Shown here one piece after another: positions 26,683 through 40,900 of a DNA stretch of 64,000 nt. Within the stretch, counting starts at the first letter, position 1. Each line of letters opens with the position of its first letter. The notes under the pieces were generated by a model. The model searched no databases. It was given only the letters and a program-made list of their open reading frames with translations, and was not told the origin of the DNA. Origin of the DNA: Narcine bancroftii (taxonomy: Eukaryota); assembly GCF_036971445.1 (NCBI RefSeq), contig NC_091482.1, positions 18,228,001 through 18,292,000 on the forward strand, given 5' to 3'. The translations under genes and the position numbers were made by a program.

Positions 26683-27214
26683 CAAGAAGCTCGAATTCTT
26701 AAGCAGCTATAAATATAAAGCACCTTGTTCAGAGTAAATACAACTTGATGTATTTGATTTTCGTAAGTAGAAAACAGCTGGGTAATAGATGATAAGCCAG
26801 CAATTGCAGTTCTGCCAACTGCTACCATAGCTTATACTTTTCCAGCCATTCTTTTTTTGGCTATGGTCCCGTCGGGACTCTGCTCGTGTTTGGGCCCCCT
26901 TTCCTATGAAGCAGTCAAGTTTAGTTGGTTTCTTCTGTACTTCTTTCCTACTGACTACATTTTTTAAAAAAATGATTCCAGTCCATGGCCCCACTTAAAT
27001 GTGCTGTAGCTCCGAGGAGGTCCTAAAGCCCTTGTTGAGATGGTTTGGACAAGCAGTTGACAAAATGGTGTTTGAAAATCAGGTGGTAGAAATGCTTCTA
27101 TTCTGAAACCACAAGTTAACTCTGTGGGGATTTGGCATTTGTGTGGAAGCATAGCAAACTATGCCTTCAAGAAAGCAGCCACAGATCGGATGTTACAACG
27201 GCCAAAGAAGCCAC

Positions 27215-28267
27215 TCAAATCCTAAAACTGGGAGATAGCCAGAGATAGTTTCCCATGATAGTGGTGTCTAAACGAGAGGGCAGAGGGAGGAAGTTTAAAG
27301 GGGATCGGAGTTCAACTTTTAATTAGTAGTTGTTGTTTGGAATGAGCTGTCAAAGGAAGCAGTAGAGGAAGAAACAGTAATAACAGGTACTTGAATGAGC
27401 AGGACATAGAGGGATATGGAATTAATGCAAGTAAATGGGAATAGTACAGATTAGCATACAATGGTCAGCATAGACATGGTGAGTCAAAGAGCCCGTTTCT
27501 ATGGTGTCTGACTCCGACTCAAAAAGGATTAATTGGATAAATATTTTTCATCATATTTCCTCTTACTACACTCTTTCCATTACAGTGTGTTATCACTTAA
27601 CCAAGATCTACCGGGACCAATGCCTGAAGAGGGCGCACAAAATCAGTGAACCGGTGCGGACTCGAAAGGTCAACATGGCCTGTTTCCACTCCGTAAATGG
27701 TTCTATGGTTATGGTTATATATGTGTCTATCCAGAAGCTTTTGAAACACTACTGTCATATCAGCTTCCACTATTATTCCAGGCACGCACCACTCTGTGTA
27801 AAATAAAACTTGTCCCATACATTTCCTTTTAAAAACTTTCCATGCCTCACCTTAAAACCTCCAGTATGTGAAAAATGTGCTGTCTATCCTATTTATTCCT
27901 CTCATAACTTCTAGTAGTGTCTGACACGACAAAGAAACAATCAAGATTTGTCCAATTTCTTCCCATAACTCATGCTCCAATCAAGACAGCATCCTGGTAA
28001 ATTTCTAATGTACCCTTTCCAGAGCCTCAATTTCCTGTAATGGGGTGACCAGAATTGAACACTATGCTCCCAATGAGGCTTGACTAAAGATGAACAAGAT
28101 GTCCTTACCCTTATACTTAATGCTCTCACCAAAGATGCTATATGCCTCCTTTACTACCCTATCAAGGAGGCATGGACCTGAACTGAGATCCTTCTGCATA
28201 CAAATGCTTTTAAGAGTCCTGCCATTGATTATGCAGTTTCGTTTTACATTTGACCTCCCAAAATGCA
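27215..28267. mobile_element. CR1-type LINE fragments (+ at about 27215-27512, - at about 27750-28267)
   Basis: LVKPHWEHSVQFWSPHYRK and MHFGRSN motifs. Confidence 0.7.
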
Positions 28268-28774
28268 AATCAATTCCAAATCCAAGTGATCAATTCATCA
28301 TGGACACACTGTAACATTCAAAGCATCTTAGTAAAAGTAGTTTTGAAATGAGTCTAGTGATTCATGTATGCTGATTTGAGTACAAAACACTTGACCAGCC
28401 GTTTACTTGCAAAAGCCAAGGAGATAACGTGATTGAAGTAAAAACACAATGATGAAGGCCTCAAGCCTGAAATGTTGGTTATGTATCTTTACCTTTGCTC
28501 TATAAAGTGCGCTGTTTGACCTGATGAGTTTCTCCAGCACCGTGTTTTTACTTGTCTTTGAAAATCTATTTCATACACTGAAGCCTAAGAAATGAAACAA
28601 ATACAGCAGTTTTCAAATCAGTAAAATTTATGACAAACGCTAAAATAAAATTAAAGTGTTATACATTGAGAATAAAGTGACAATTGGCTAAACAGTAAAT
28701 TTGTAAGCACGTCTACAATGCACAAGCTAAACTGAGTGCCAGATTTTTCCACAGGAAAGCTTATGCATTTTGTT

Positions 28775-28931
28775 TCAAGAATTCACACGGCACATTTCTC
28801 TTGCAGGAATACCATGCTCCACAGGCTGCATAAACTCGGCAGTGAACAAGGCTTCAGCATACTCTTCACATGCATCTTGGAATTCAACTGCAACATCACT
28901 TATCCCTTCTTCCATTAGCTCTTCAGCCAAG
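28775..28931 (-). CDS. KIAA0753: KIAA0753 last coding exon ([10 protein letters not shown]...[20 protein letters not shown])
   Basis: ttttttcag acceptor, phase 2, TGA at 28777-28775. Confidence 0.9.
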
Positions 28932-31900
28932 CTGAAAAAAAGGACACACCAGAAAAGTCATCCAGTGCATCTAGCACATTACACGGTTTGAAATGAACTA
29001 TACTATTATCAAATGACATGTTTAATCAGAGATTAGCAGCTAACCTTGCAGTATTAAAGTATGTTTATTTCAGTTGATCAGCAAGCAATACCATTTTCAA
29101 TAACCTTAATATTTAAAGCTTCATGTAAAAAAATTAACATTATAGCTGGAGTAGAAATAGAAATTACATTCTGACAACCATTTATTTTCTTCATTGAAGA
29201 TATTCCTGGTTTTTATTGCATCAAAAGAAAATGTTACATTTCTATTCAACAAATAAGATGTGTTTAAATATATTTTCCTCTCTTTTTCTACGTCGTCTTT
29301 ATCTCTTAATTTGTATTATTTAATTGGAAGCATATCACCATTGCATATCATCTATAATTTTAAAAAAACATTAATACATTCCAGAAACTGATCAAGTGAT
29401 GGAAAAAAAAACCATCAGTGTCTTATCAAAATTGCTCTGATTACGTGATAACAAATTCTTTGGATGATAGAATTTAAAAGCAAAGCCAGAAAATATTCCT
29501 CTATGGAGCACATCCTTTCCCATCTTTACTTGCTTAAAGAGGTACAATTCTCTCCAGGATACATATGTGACAGAGGTGCACCAAAGAAAAGGTACAAGGA
29601 CTGCCTAAAGAAATCTCTTGGTGTCTGCCACATTGACTACCGCCAGTGGGCTGATAACGCCTCAAACCGTGCATCTTGGCGCCTCACAGTTTGGCGGGCA
29701 GCAACCTCCTTTGAAGAAGACCGCAGAGCCCACCTCACTGACAAAAGGCAAAGGAGGAAAAACCCAACACCCAACCCCAACCAACCAATTTTCCCCTGCA
29801 ACCGTGTCTGCCTGTCCCGCATCGGACTTGTCAGCCACAAACGAGCCTGCAGCTGACGTGGACTTTTTACCCCCTCCATAAATCTTTGTCCGCGAAGCCA
29901 AGCCAAAGAAAAGAAAAAAAAAGAAAAAGACATATGTGACTATTGTTCCACATCTTCTTCATTAGCACTTTTCCATGTGACCAACCAGAACTGTTTATAC
30001 ACCTCCGGACAGTTGTATGGGCCAAGCTTTTTTTAAAAAAAAGGTATTTTACAGTCCTTTCCCTTAATCCTATGAAGTTAAACAAAAAAAAAAGTGACAC
30101 AATGTGGAAAGGAGAACTTACGAACATCCTGGTTGAAAAAAAACTCCTTCACAATACTCTTTAGGGCAACCACACTAGCAACAAACACATTGTTCTGTGC
30201 ACAGATACTGACTGAACTAACACTTTGTTTCCACTACTATATACACTGGTTACAGTACACATACTTTTCAAAGAGCATATCAAAGGCAGAATGGTCTTTT
30301 GCACTGCTGAACACCTCTATTCCATTTACAATCTGATCTTGGTTAACTGGTGATTTTTCCACCAGCTTTCCATTGTGACTGAATGAATAAATGAAATTAT
30401 TGACCATTGCAATTGCAAAGGCTACATCTTTTATGTTGGAAACAAGCATAAAATTGTACATACATTTATTTTACGTGAAATATTACACGACACAAATTAA
30501 ATGGGGATAATAGCATTTACTTAATGAAACCTGGAAAAATACTCAACTGATTGGCCTTTCCATGACATATAGCTGTTAAAAAGTTATTATCTATCCATTT
30601 ATAGGAACTACAGTATTAAGTCGGCAAAGTAATGTGGTAATTACTTTCTCATAAATATACTAAATTAATTACCTTTCAGCAATTAACCATGGGTTAAAAT
30701 TTCCAATAGCCTCATGCGAAATCATTCTTAGATAAAGGTCAAATTTTTGATGATAGTTATAGATATTGTGGACCATTTTTTGTGGAATGGCAAGAACAGT
30801 GCCACATTGTTTGTTCTTGGATGGTTTCTGCACCAAAGGTTCTAAAATTGAAGCAGGCTCCAGCCTTCCACTCCATTCTAATTCATCAAGAGATCTAAAT
30901 TAAAACAACATTAAAAGGTTGAGAATAAAAGATTATTTTCACTGCAGCATCTTTGAAATGATCTTGGCTATAATTTGACTGCAATTTCCAAAGATATTCT
31001 CATTGTCTGTTCTATGACTATTCGATCTATTTTTACCAAATTAGTTTTTAAAAATACAATTGATAGTCGAGGCAGGTAATGCATCAAATCATCTTTCTAA
31101 CTTATCCGTGTATGCTTTCATCCATACTTCTGGCAAGTTGCCCCCTTGAAAACTGTGATGCTATAATTTAAAGAAACACATGAAGATAAACCAAACAAAC
31201 AAAATGAGAAACTTAGTCGGGAGCTGATAGAATACACTTTGAAATTAGCAAATTGCTTTGATCATGAAAGAGCTTTCTGTTTCTACTTTCAATATGCAAC
31301 AAAGAAGCTACAACTGTAACAAACTCAAGTATTTAACTTTAGTCAACAAAACAAAAGCAATTCTCATCTTACAATCAATACGGGCGATCAGTATCACAGG
31401 GCACTCAAAGGAACTGGGGATTCTTGTGATTTTTCTGTAACACAAAGCTATATCGTCTGCTCTCTTATCAAGAAATACAAGTTGATAAATAAAAATTATT
31501 TACTTTCATCACCCCACCCCACAAACTCTGTGAGAGCACATCTTATTCCATACCTCAAACATTTGGGGAGTGATTTGCGAATTCTTCCAAGTTAAATTTT
31601 TATTACCCAAACAGCCATTACAAGTATAGAAAGAAAGAAAATGGATGTTTAACAAATAACTACCAAAAAGAAACAGTGCAATCTTCATAACTTACTCTGC
31701 TTTTAAAGACCTTGGATTTATTATGTCTACCATAGGTTCACTTTGCTCAAGGATGCGGCCTATCCTAATTGGCTGTGGAGCACATGGTTGTGTGTCAATC
31801 AGGACAAACTCTCTTTCTGCAAGAACAGAAATATTCATACAACATTTTTTATATATTTCCTTATGGTAATAAAATAGACAAACAAATTGCAAATGCCATA

Positions 31901-34900
31901 ATCGGGAGAGAGGCTTGAATCGAGAACTATGACGGGTATGGTAATCAATAAGATTTAAGTTTAATGAAGGTGGTTTGTTTGAATAAATCAACCTAGTTCT
32001 TGAGGGCATTTTTAGCAATTACATCAACAGACATCTAATTGGAAAACTGCGATAGAAAAGAAACTGTTTGGAGTTAAAATATTTTTTAAAAACAGTACAA
32101 TTAAGAAATAGCCATCTTATTCCCACCATCTTTTTATTCATCTTCCATTATAATTATGATCTTTGTCTCTTGAAATGCTCAGTTTTACTTTACTTTATCA
32201 TTTGATTTTCTTGCTACATCTCTGAATATATTTCTGAAAACATTACCCTCCCACTCGCTAACGGATACTCCCAAGCAAGGATGAGTCTAAACTCAATCAA
32301 GTATCAATGGCACTCTCTGCAATTTTTTGGATGAAAAGCCCATTAATCCAAGACATCAAATCAAATTAATTTATTCAATGACCCATGAATTGTTGGTAAG
32401 ACAATTCTTTATAGGAATACAATCAAACACAAATTGTTTTACTCTCTCAGATGCCAACTTTACAAATTATCTAAATTAATAGATATACACTTTTGCCCTA
32501 TTTCCAACTTCCCATTCTGTAGAATGGAGCTGAAAAATTATATTCTGAAAGGCCAATGCCAATACCATGATGGTTCATCAGGCTTGGAAACAGATATTTA
32601 AATTTAAAAAATTTAGACATACAGCACGGTAACCGGCCATTTCAGCCCATGAGTCCGTGCCTCCCAATTTAGACCTAATTAATCTACACTCCAAGTACTT
32701 TTCAAACAGTGGGAGGAAACCAGAACCGCTGGGGTAACCCACGCAGGCATGGGGAGAACATACAAACTCCTTACAGACACCGTGGGATATGAACTCTGGT
32801 CCCGATCGCTAGTGCTGTCAAGGCATCACGCTAATCGCTACGCTGACCGTGCAATTTAATAATAGAATCATAACTCTTCTACGCATGTCACTTCACACCA
32901 GTCAAGTTACATGGCACAAATCAAGTTAGTAGAAATTAAAAGCTCACTAATACAGGAAATTCACTGATGCATGGAATATCATTACCTTGCTTTTCATTCT
33001 CAGCCCATGAAACAGGATCAGCATATTCAATCTGACACATTCTTCTGCGAACAGACTCTTGGTATCTCTAGCAATTAATTCAAATAAATGAAGAAAATGT
33101 GTTGTCAAATTACCTAAATCTTAGATCTTTTCATGTATTCCATAATATGGCAAGAAGGCAGTTACTCATGAAAAACACAATTACATGCATCAGAATTTAA
33201 GGATTGAAGTTTCTGCTCAAAAACAGTACCATTTGTTTTTTTTTTCTTTAACAATAGGGATTTAAATAGAATTCATAACATTTAATGTGATTCGCATGTC
33301 ATTTCTTGTCCTGCAATTTAATTACATTGAACAACAAAATTTTTCAAAAAGTTTGCTTCCTGAGAGAAAATTAGGGATTACGATGGACAACTTCAAACGA
33401 AACACAAAAATAATTACAGATTTGCTGTATCACGTAGGAAGTTGGAGAAACCGTCAATCAACTTTTACTGAATTTAGCATGTTGAATCACATTATGATGC
33501 ATTAGTTCAACTGACCAAAAAATGCTTTGTCGCTGATTTGCGTTTGTACTCGGCATCTGATGCCTCTCATGTCAGTGTCCAACAATAGTCGGCCAGCATT
33601 AATGGATTCCACTTGCCCTAATATCGCTTTTCCATGGTTGCAACGTCCTGGTTCACCATGTATGTCATTGTCTGCACCAAGATCAGCAGGGAAGAAGTAC
33701 AAGTGCAAATGCAGAAAATGAATTTTCAATGACAAGTTACTCTTCATGGTTTTGTCTGCTTTGAAGCATGTTAAAAATATGACAGGAGATCACAAAAATA
33801 GGTTATATTAAAAAAAAGTTAAGAGTTTGGAAAATTTTAAGGTGATTTTTTGTGGTCAGCAGCCAAAAATCCATGGAATACACCCAATAGTGTTCAGGAA
33901 GCAAAATCTTCATTGTCGATTCTCATGCATAATTAAAGACATCAAAGGTATAAAACAGTTTGGGTGTAAAGTTATTGGTTTTACAAGAGATGTTACTTTA
34001 AAAAATCCTAGTTATTGTATATATTAAGTTCCAAGATTATCTACATAATGGCACTGATTTTCTACGACTCTGTTTGCTATCACCATAACTCTTGTCAACT
34101 AAATGCAGAAACAATGAAGTTGTGGCTGGCTGGTCTACAAGAGGGAAATCTTGGTCATTCTATTCAGAACTAGATCATTTAAGATTACTCCAAAGTCTGC
34201 TGTGTAATATAATGAATAATAATCTCAAGGATAGTTGGCCTAATGGCACCATTAGCAGAGCCCAAGAACAAGTCACTGTTGACTGAATGTGATGGGAAAT
34301 GCAAAGAAATGGGAATAAAACGTTAAAAAAAATGAAAGATGGTCAAAATACATCTAGGCATTGTGTTAGAGGTTAATCATTTCTGAAACATATCCAACTG
34401 TTGACATTAGCAGTCACACTTAAAGGGGAGCAAAACAACCGAGGAAATTTCCAATGAATTTGGGTTTTTTTAAAGCAAGAATAACAAACAAAAATTATTT
34501 AAATTTTACATTTAGACATACAGAACAGTAACAGGCCTTACCTTCCCACTAGCCAGTGCCCCCCAAATTCACCAATTAACCTACAATTCCCATATGTTTT
34601 TGAAGGGTGGGTGGAAACCGGAGGACCCAGAAGAAACCCACGCAGGCACGGAGAGAACTCCTTATAGACAGCGTGGGTCATTGGCACCGTAATAGCGTTG
34701 CACTAACCGCTAATCGTGCCATTCAATATGATATTAAGCTGTGAATGGCAGAAATATCGCAATTAATTGCACATCTCCAAGATGATCATATGACAGAAGA
34801 ACAGATTGGGATTTGATTTTCACTCTATTAAGTAGGTTGTGAACGAGATGGGGATTCTAACAAGCAGGAATGAAAGAGAATGGACAGGCTGAATAAAATA

Positions 34901-37900
34901 TATTTACTTCCATTTCTTCCATCCTTTGCAACATGTTCTCCAGGGTAGGGCCATCTTGTTTCATCGAAGCTTCTGAATTAACTTTTGCTTTCAACTCCAT
35001 TCTCAGTAACTCTTGTGCTGTGTCCTCCAACAGCTCATCTAATATCTTTTCACCAAGAATGTCTGCACCTCCAGCAGCCTAAATTTTTATATAGAAATAT
35101 AATCATTACTGTTAACATCACATTCTTACAGAGATGCTAAAAACTTAGAAAAATCAATAAATATATGGAGAATTTGTTTCTTTTAAAATCAAGAATAACT
35201 GCTAAAAGAATTTTGAACACCAAATGACAAAAATGTAGCAATTTGTTGCCCAATCTACAACACAAATGGGCCTGTCAAAAACAAGCATAAAATTGGGAGC
35301 TAGAGTTGACCATTTAGCCAATAGTTGCCTGCTCTGCCACGCAATAAGGTCATTGTTGATCTGATTGTACCTCAACTCCTATTCCTGCACATCCTCAGTT
35401 ATTTTCATGCCCTTTCTTATCAAGAAGCTACCTCCTGCTAAAAAAGTTTAAAGACCCACCTTCTCCATTGCCCTTCAAGGAGAAAACACCAGAGACTCAT
35501 AATCCTCTGAGAATTCTGCCTGTCTTAAATGGCAAGCCTTTTTAAAGAGAGAATCCTAATTCTGTAAAGATTCAATCTGTTAAAACTCCTCAGGACTATA
35601 TATTAAATTGTGTCTACTAAATTTCAGCAGATATAAGCTTACTAACCTGTCCAATAACCTCATTCTAGAATCAATCTGAGCTGTTTCCAATCCATTTACA
35701 TCCTATCTTAAAAAAAACCAATACTTTATAAAGTACACCAGATATGGACTCACAAATGTCCAAATAATTGAAGCAATACTTTAGTTTTGTATTCGATTCC
35801 ATTATCACCAAACAATTACATTTAGGTTTTTTGTTCACCTACTTTTTGTTACCTATTTAACTACTGTCACCTTTTGCAAGTTACACACCAGGGTGTTCAG
35901 ATCTCAGACCTCTGCAGTCATTTAGACAATACACTTTTTTTTTTAATTATTTCTGCCAACATGGGCATTTTCACATTTTACTACATTATACTTCACTTGT
36001 AAGAACTTTGCCCGCTGACTTAACCCATCCATATAATTTGGTAGCCTCCTATGTCATCTTCAGGTAATCACCAAATTTAGCAGCCACCTTCTGTTGTTTC
36101 ATCCACATCGTTTACAAATATTGTAACAAAGTGAAGTGCCATAATTAATTAATGTAGCACACTATTTTTACATGTTCCGAAACAAAATTGTACCTGCTTA
36201 TTTCCCACTCTTTTTCCTACCAGACAACTAATAATTTCTCCACATCAGTATGTTATTTCCTACAATATGAGCTGTTGCTTTCCACAATATCATCTGTTAA
36301 TCTATGTACTATAAAATATTAATAGTTGTGCATCCTCAACTCTTGGCTGATGCTGGACTATTGGGTATTACTCATATCAATAATCTAACACAAATTACTT
36401 TTTAAAATACATTAAGATTACATAGTCATTTTTTTTTTAACTGAAGTGAACTGGGCAAGTTTAAAGGAAATGGAAATTGTGCAACCACTCCCGATCCGGG
36501 TTCTAGCCGTAATCTACTAACCATCCCGACTCTTGATGTTGCAGATCCCAACACCATCTCCAGCTACACACACAGCCAACATCTGAACTCTCGTCGCTGG
36601 CTGCGGAACACGCTAAGAACCTTGTATCCAGAACTCATTTTCCAGGCTAATTTCCCTAACATAAAGATGTCAAACCATCAGGATTTCCAAATAGATTCCA
36701 GATTACCAGTTTTCCTTCATTTTGATAAATCAATTAAACATTAAGTGGTTATGCCCATAATTGCAAAACATTTGACATCTTATGCTTTAACATAGACCAA
36801 ATGCCTTTCCTGTACGAGTTCAAAATCTACATTGCTTAGAGAAGCAAAATCACTCATTTTTTTTTTTTTACAATCTACTCACCCTATCAACAACTTTTAA
36901 TGATAGTTGCTGTTGCAGTGAAGAATCTTTATTTCGAGCTTTCTTTTCCCAAGAATCATGTATGACCTATTGCATAGAGAGAATCGGTATCTCAGGATTG
37001 ATTCAAATCCTTCATAGCCACTTTACAGATACAGTCACTCACTGGGCAAGTACTGTAACTAACATGAGTGTTTGCAGGTCTCCAAGGATGACACATCTCA
37101 ACAATAAATTATCTTTTGCTGTGACCAAAGATATAAACCAAGGAATTTTCAATCTCCATTGAGTGTAATGGAGGACTGTGGATCATAAAAAACTTTGATC
37201 AACTTATCCAAGCACAGAGGGAAAAAAATAGCAGCCATAACACAATTAATGACAAAATTTGCCTTATTATTTCTTAGCACTTTAGTGTTTCAATGAAATT
37301 GTATCTTAACTTTGTTTTTACTATGACTCAGTCTCCAGTGATTTCAAATGAATAACATTTAATGTGGGGAATGAACAATTGCCTCATATTTTACTGTTAG
37401 TGTAATTATGTAGCTCACCATGGTTTGTAGCCTTTTCAATATTTTTGAAAGACCATCAGGGAAGCCAAGAGATAGTCCTGCACAAAGCTGGAGTCTCACA
37501 AGAACATCAGACACCCAGTGACTATGGCAGGGCAGGCAAGCTATCATGGGGTACACGGCAAATCCAGACCACATGGCATATAACAGCACAATGCTTCCCA
37601 ATGAACAATGCATTCTACACTCACTTTGATTAGCAAGCCAGTCAGACAGCAACAACCACCTCAATTACTTCATCCACTTCTGCACCTACGGTCTCTCGTG
37701 CTGTCATCAGATTGGCTTTCCAGAGATTGAAAAGTGGAAAGTGACTGACCCTGATAAAATCTCTGGTTGTGTCCTGAGATTGTGTCTGCACTGATTAGCT
37801 GAAGGGTGTATTTGCAGATAATTTTATTCTCTCCCTGCAATAGGAGTTAGTTCCAAATTGCTTCAAGACCACCATCATACCAGTAACAAAGAAAAGCACA

Positions 37901-40900
37901 TTAACAGGCCTAAATAATTACCGACAAGTGGCTCTGACATCTAACATCATGAAATTCATTTTTTTAATATTTTATTTAATATAAAACCACAACAAATATA
38001 TAATTCAAACTTGATCCATATACATCATGAAGTTCTTTGAGAGGCTGGTCATGGCTTACATCAACACCAGCCTCACAGTCATCCTTGAGCCACTTCAATT
38101 TGCCAACTGTCAGAACAGATCTATGGGAGACACCATCTCTCTGACTCTCCTCAGCCCTTGAACACCTGGAGACAAGGGACACCTCTGTCACGCGACTCTC
38201 TGCTGATTAAAGCTCTGCCAATGCGTACCGCAGTCCTCAGTAAACTAATCCCTCTACTTCGTGACCCTGGTTTCAGCACACACCTCTGCAACCAGTGAGA
38301 GTGGGAAACAACATTCCTCCATGACCACACTCATCATCAGCACAACCCCCCCCCCACCTACCAGACACCCTCTACACCCATGACTATATAGTCAAATATG
38401 CTCCAACTTCATCTTTATGTTGGCTGGATTTTAAATGGCAAGATGGAGCACAGGAAGGAGATTGAAGGACTAGTGGCCTAGTGCCAAGGATGGAGTTGGA
38501 GCATATTTGGCTCGGTACTCCTCTTCCTCATTTCTGTTTTCATTCCTGATAATATGTTACACCTGTATTCCCAAACTCTTTTTTTTTAAATGAAAAAACC
38601 ATTTGTACAATAACTTAATAAAAGCCTTCTGGGGACAAAAAATGATTTAATGTATCCAAGATTCCACTGTAATTTTCCTATTAACTACCTACTCAAAAAT
38701 ATAGTTTGAAAAATACTATTTCCCTACAAGAAAATATTGATCCTGACGGATTTTTCTAAATCCTCTGCCATATTTTGTTAATTTCAATTTGTTCTGCTAA
38801 CTATTAACCGGTCGACAATTCCCCATTTTCTTCCTTTGTTGGATATGTTACATTTCCATTTTGTTGACCCTATTTTACAAAATAAGCAGTTTAGCAAGAT
38901 CACCATGGAGTCAACAATTTCTTTTAGATTGTCAAGCCAAAATAGAGCGATAACAAAGCCAAAATATTCAATAACAATTATTCCAACTCTAATCATTCCC
39001 TGAGTCTGTTGAAGTAATTCAACGTTCTGATACCTGTGCTTTGTCCAGCAAGGGCTGAAGTCTCTTACGAATTTCCTCCTCTGCTGTTTCAATCCATTTG
39101 TTTGGGGCTACAGTTTCAGAGCTAAACAATAAATAGTTATTGAAATAATATTTTCCATCAGTCATCATATTTCATGGTCATAATGCTTGTAAAAGTATAT
39201 ATAGGTAAAAACCTTAATCTGAATTATAATTGAACAAGTGAACTAAATGTCTCATGAGGTCTGGAAGTCTAATTATTTCGACCAAAGCATTACAATGGCC
39301 TAGATATTATGGCAAAACAGTAACAAAATTGCCAATGTTTGCCAACATTACTGACAACAATTTCCGTATTTATAGGCACAAGAATGCTCAAATAGAGAAG
39401 TTCTGTTACTTGGTTGCCCTCAGACCTCTAGCTTCAATTCAACGCTCGTGAATTTTGTGTAGCAGAGGAAAGTGGTGTAAAGTTCCCCCAACCTTACTTC
39501 CTGCAATCATCAAGGTATCCCGCACATGGTGGGAGTCACAGCAACCAAACTTTTTGTCCATTCCAATTGTAAAAGACTTGAAGCATTTTCATCTAATTTT
39601 AACTTCTCAAAAATTTTAAACAATTTATTGAACCCATTTCCTTTATTCTGTCAATTTAAATTTTGAAAACAAGCTTTTCAGCAATTTAAGTTGGGTTTAA
39701 TTATGTTTCTGAATGTCTTAGATGTGTTAAATGAGTCAAAGCTTTAAATCTTTGTCAGTTAGCTGTTGAAGTGTTTCTTTCTCCTTTTTGTGACGATCTC
39801 AGTTCATCACTGACAGTCTTATCCAAATTGTTTCTGCAAACTCCTGGGAAGATTGTGAAGTTCATTTTGCTTTTAAATGGCAAGCACTTTCAACTTGCTG
39901 CTGATACATTGGCCCAGGTATCGCTTACACAAACATCTTTCGTAGCAGATAGAAATTAAATTCCAGGTATTCTATTTAAAACTTAAAAATAGATCCAAAG
40001 GAGGCCTTTTTTCCCCATTTATTAAGATCTATAGCAGACAAAGTAATCATAAAACCTCTACCTTATTTTCTTTATTCTGTCAGTTTCTTGTTGGCAGAGT
40101 TCATTCAGATCTCGCATCCTACGGGCAGTTTCACCATCAAGCCACGCCAATCTAAAACATTTTTTTTTAAAAAGCAGCATACAAAATTTTCAAATAGAAA
40201 TTAAGATAACCACCACACAAAAATTACTGACAGAGCTGTCAAACATGACCATTTAAACTGGAATAATTAGCACTGGTCTTCTGAACAGCCAGCAATTAAT
40301 GCAGGGAAATATCTTTAAATTGAAATTGCAATGTATCTTCTGAAGAGCATATTATATATAGAATTAGCAGCCACTCTTTGATAATATCAGTTTGAAATGA
40401 ATGGATACTACTTGCCTCTAAAGCAGACAAAGATATTCTAGAATTGAATCATGAAAATTCTTTGCAGAATGTTGGTATGGAACAAAAAAAAATTGGAAAT
40501 CATTTCAGTACCTTTCCCTAAGCATCGCTATACATTGCACATATCAAAATACAACTGCCATATCAGGGCACAAATATTACAGCATCAAGCATTGTAGATC
40601 AAATCACAACTTAGCTAGTTGAAGAATAAAGTACTCTCCACCTTTCCACAGCCTAGAAAATACCTCAAATTTTTCCCATTTTATCACTAGTTCTCAAAGG
40701 AAAAATCAAATTTTGAGTTCAATCCTTCAAAAGCAGGAACCACGCACTTAAATAAAATAGAAATAATACACAAGCAAAAATATGATGAATGGTCCACTGT
40801 ATCATATAAAATTTTCCTTCTTTTCTCCCGCAATCCTCAGTCAACTTGAACCAAATGGCATATATTTTAAGAAATTGTTTAAAGTTTATTTCACAAAAAT

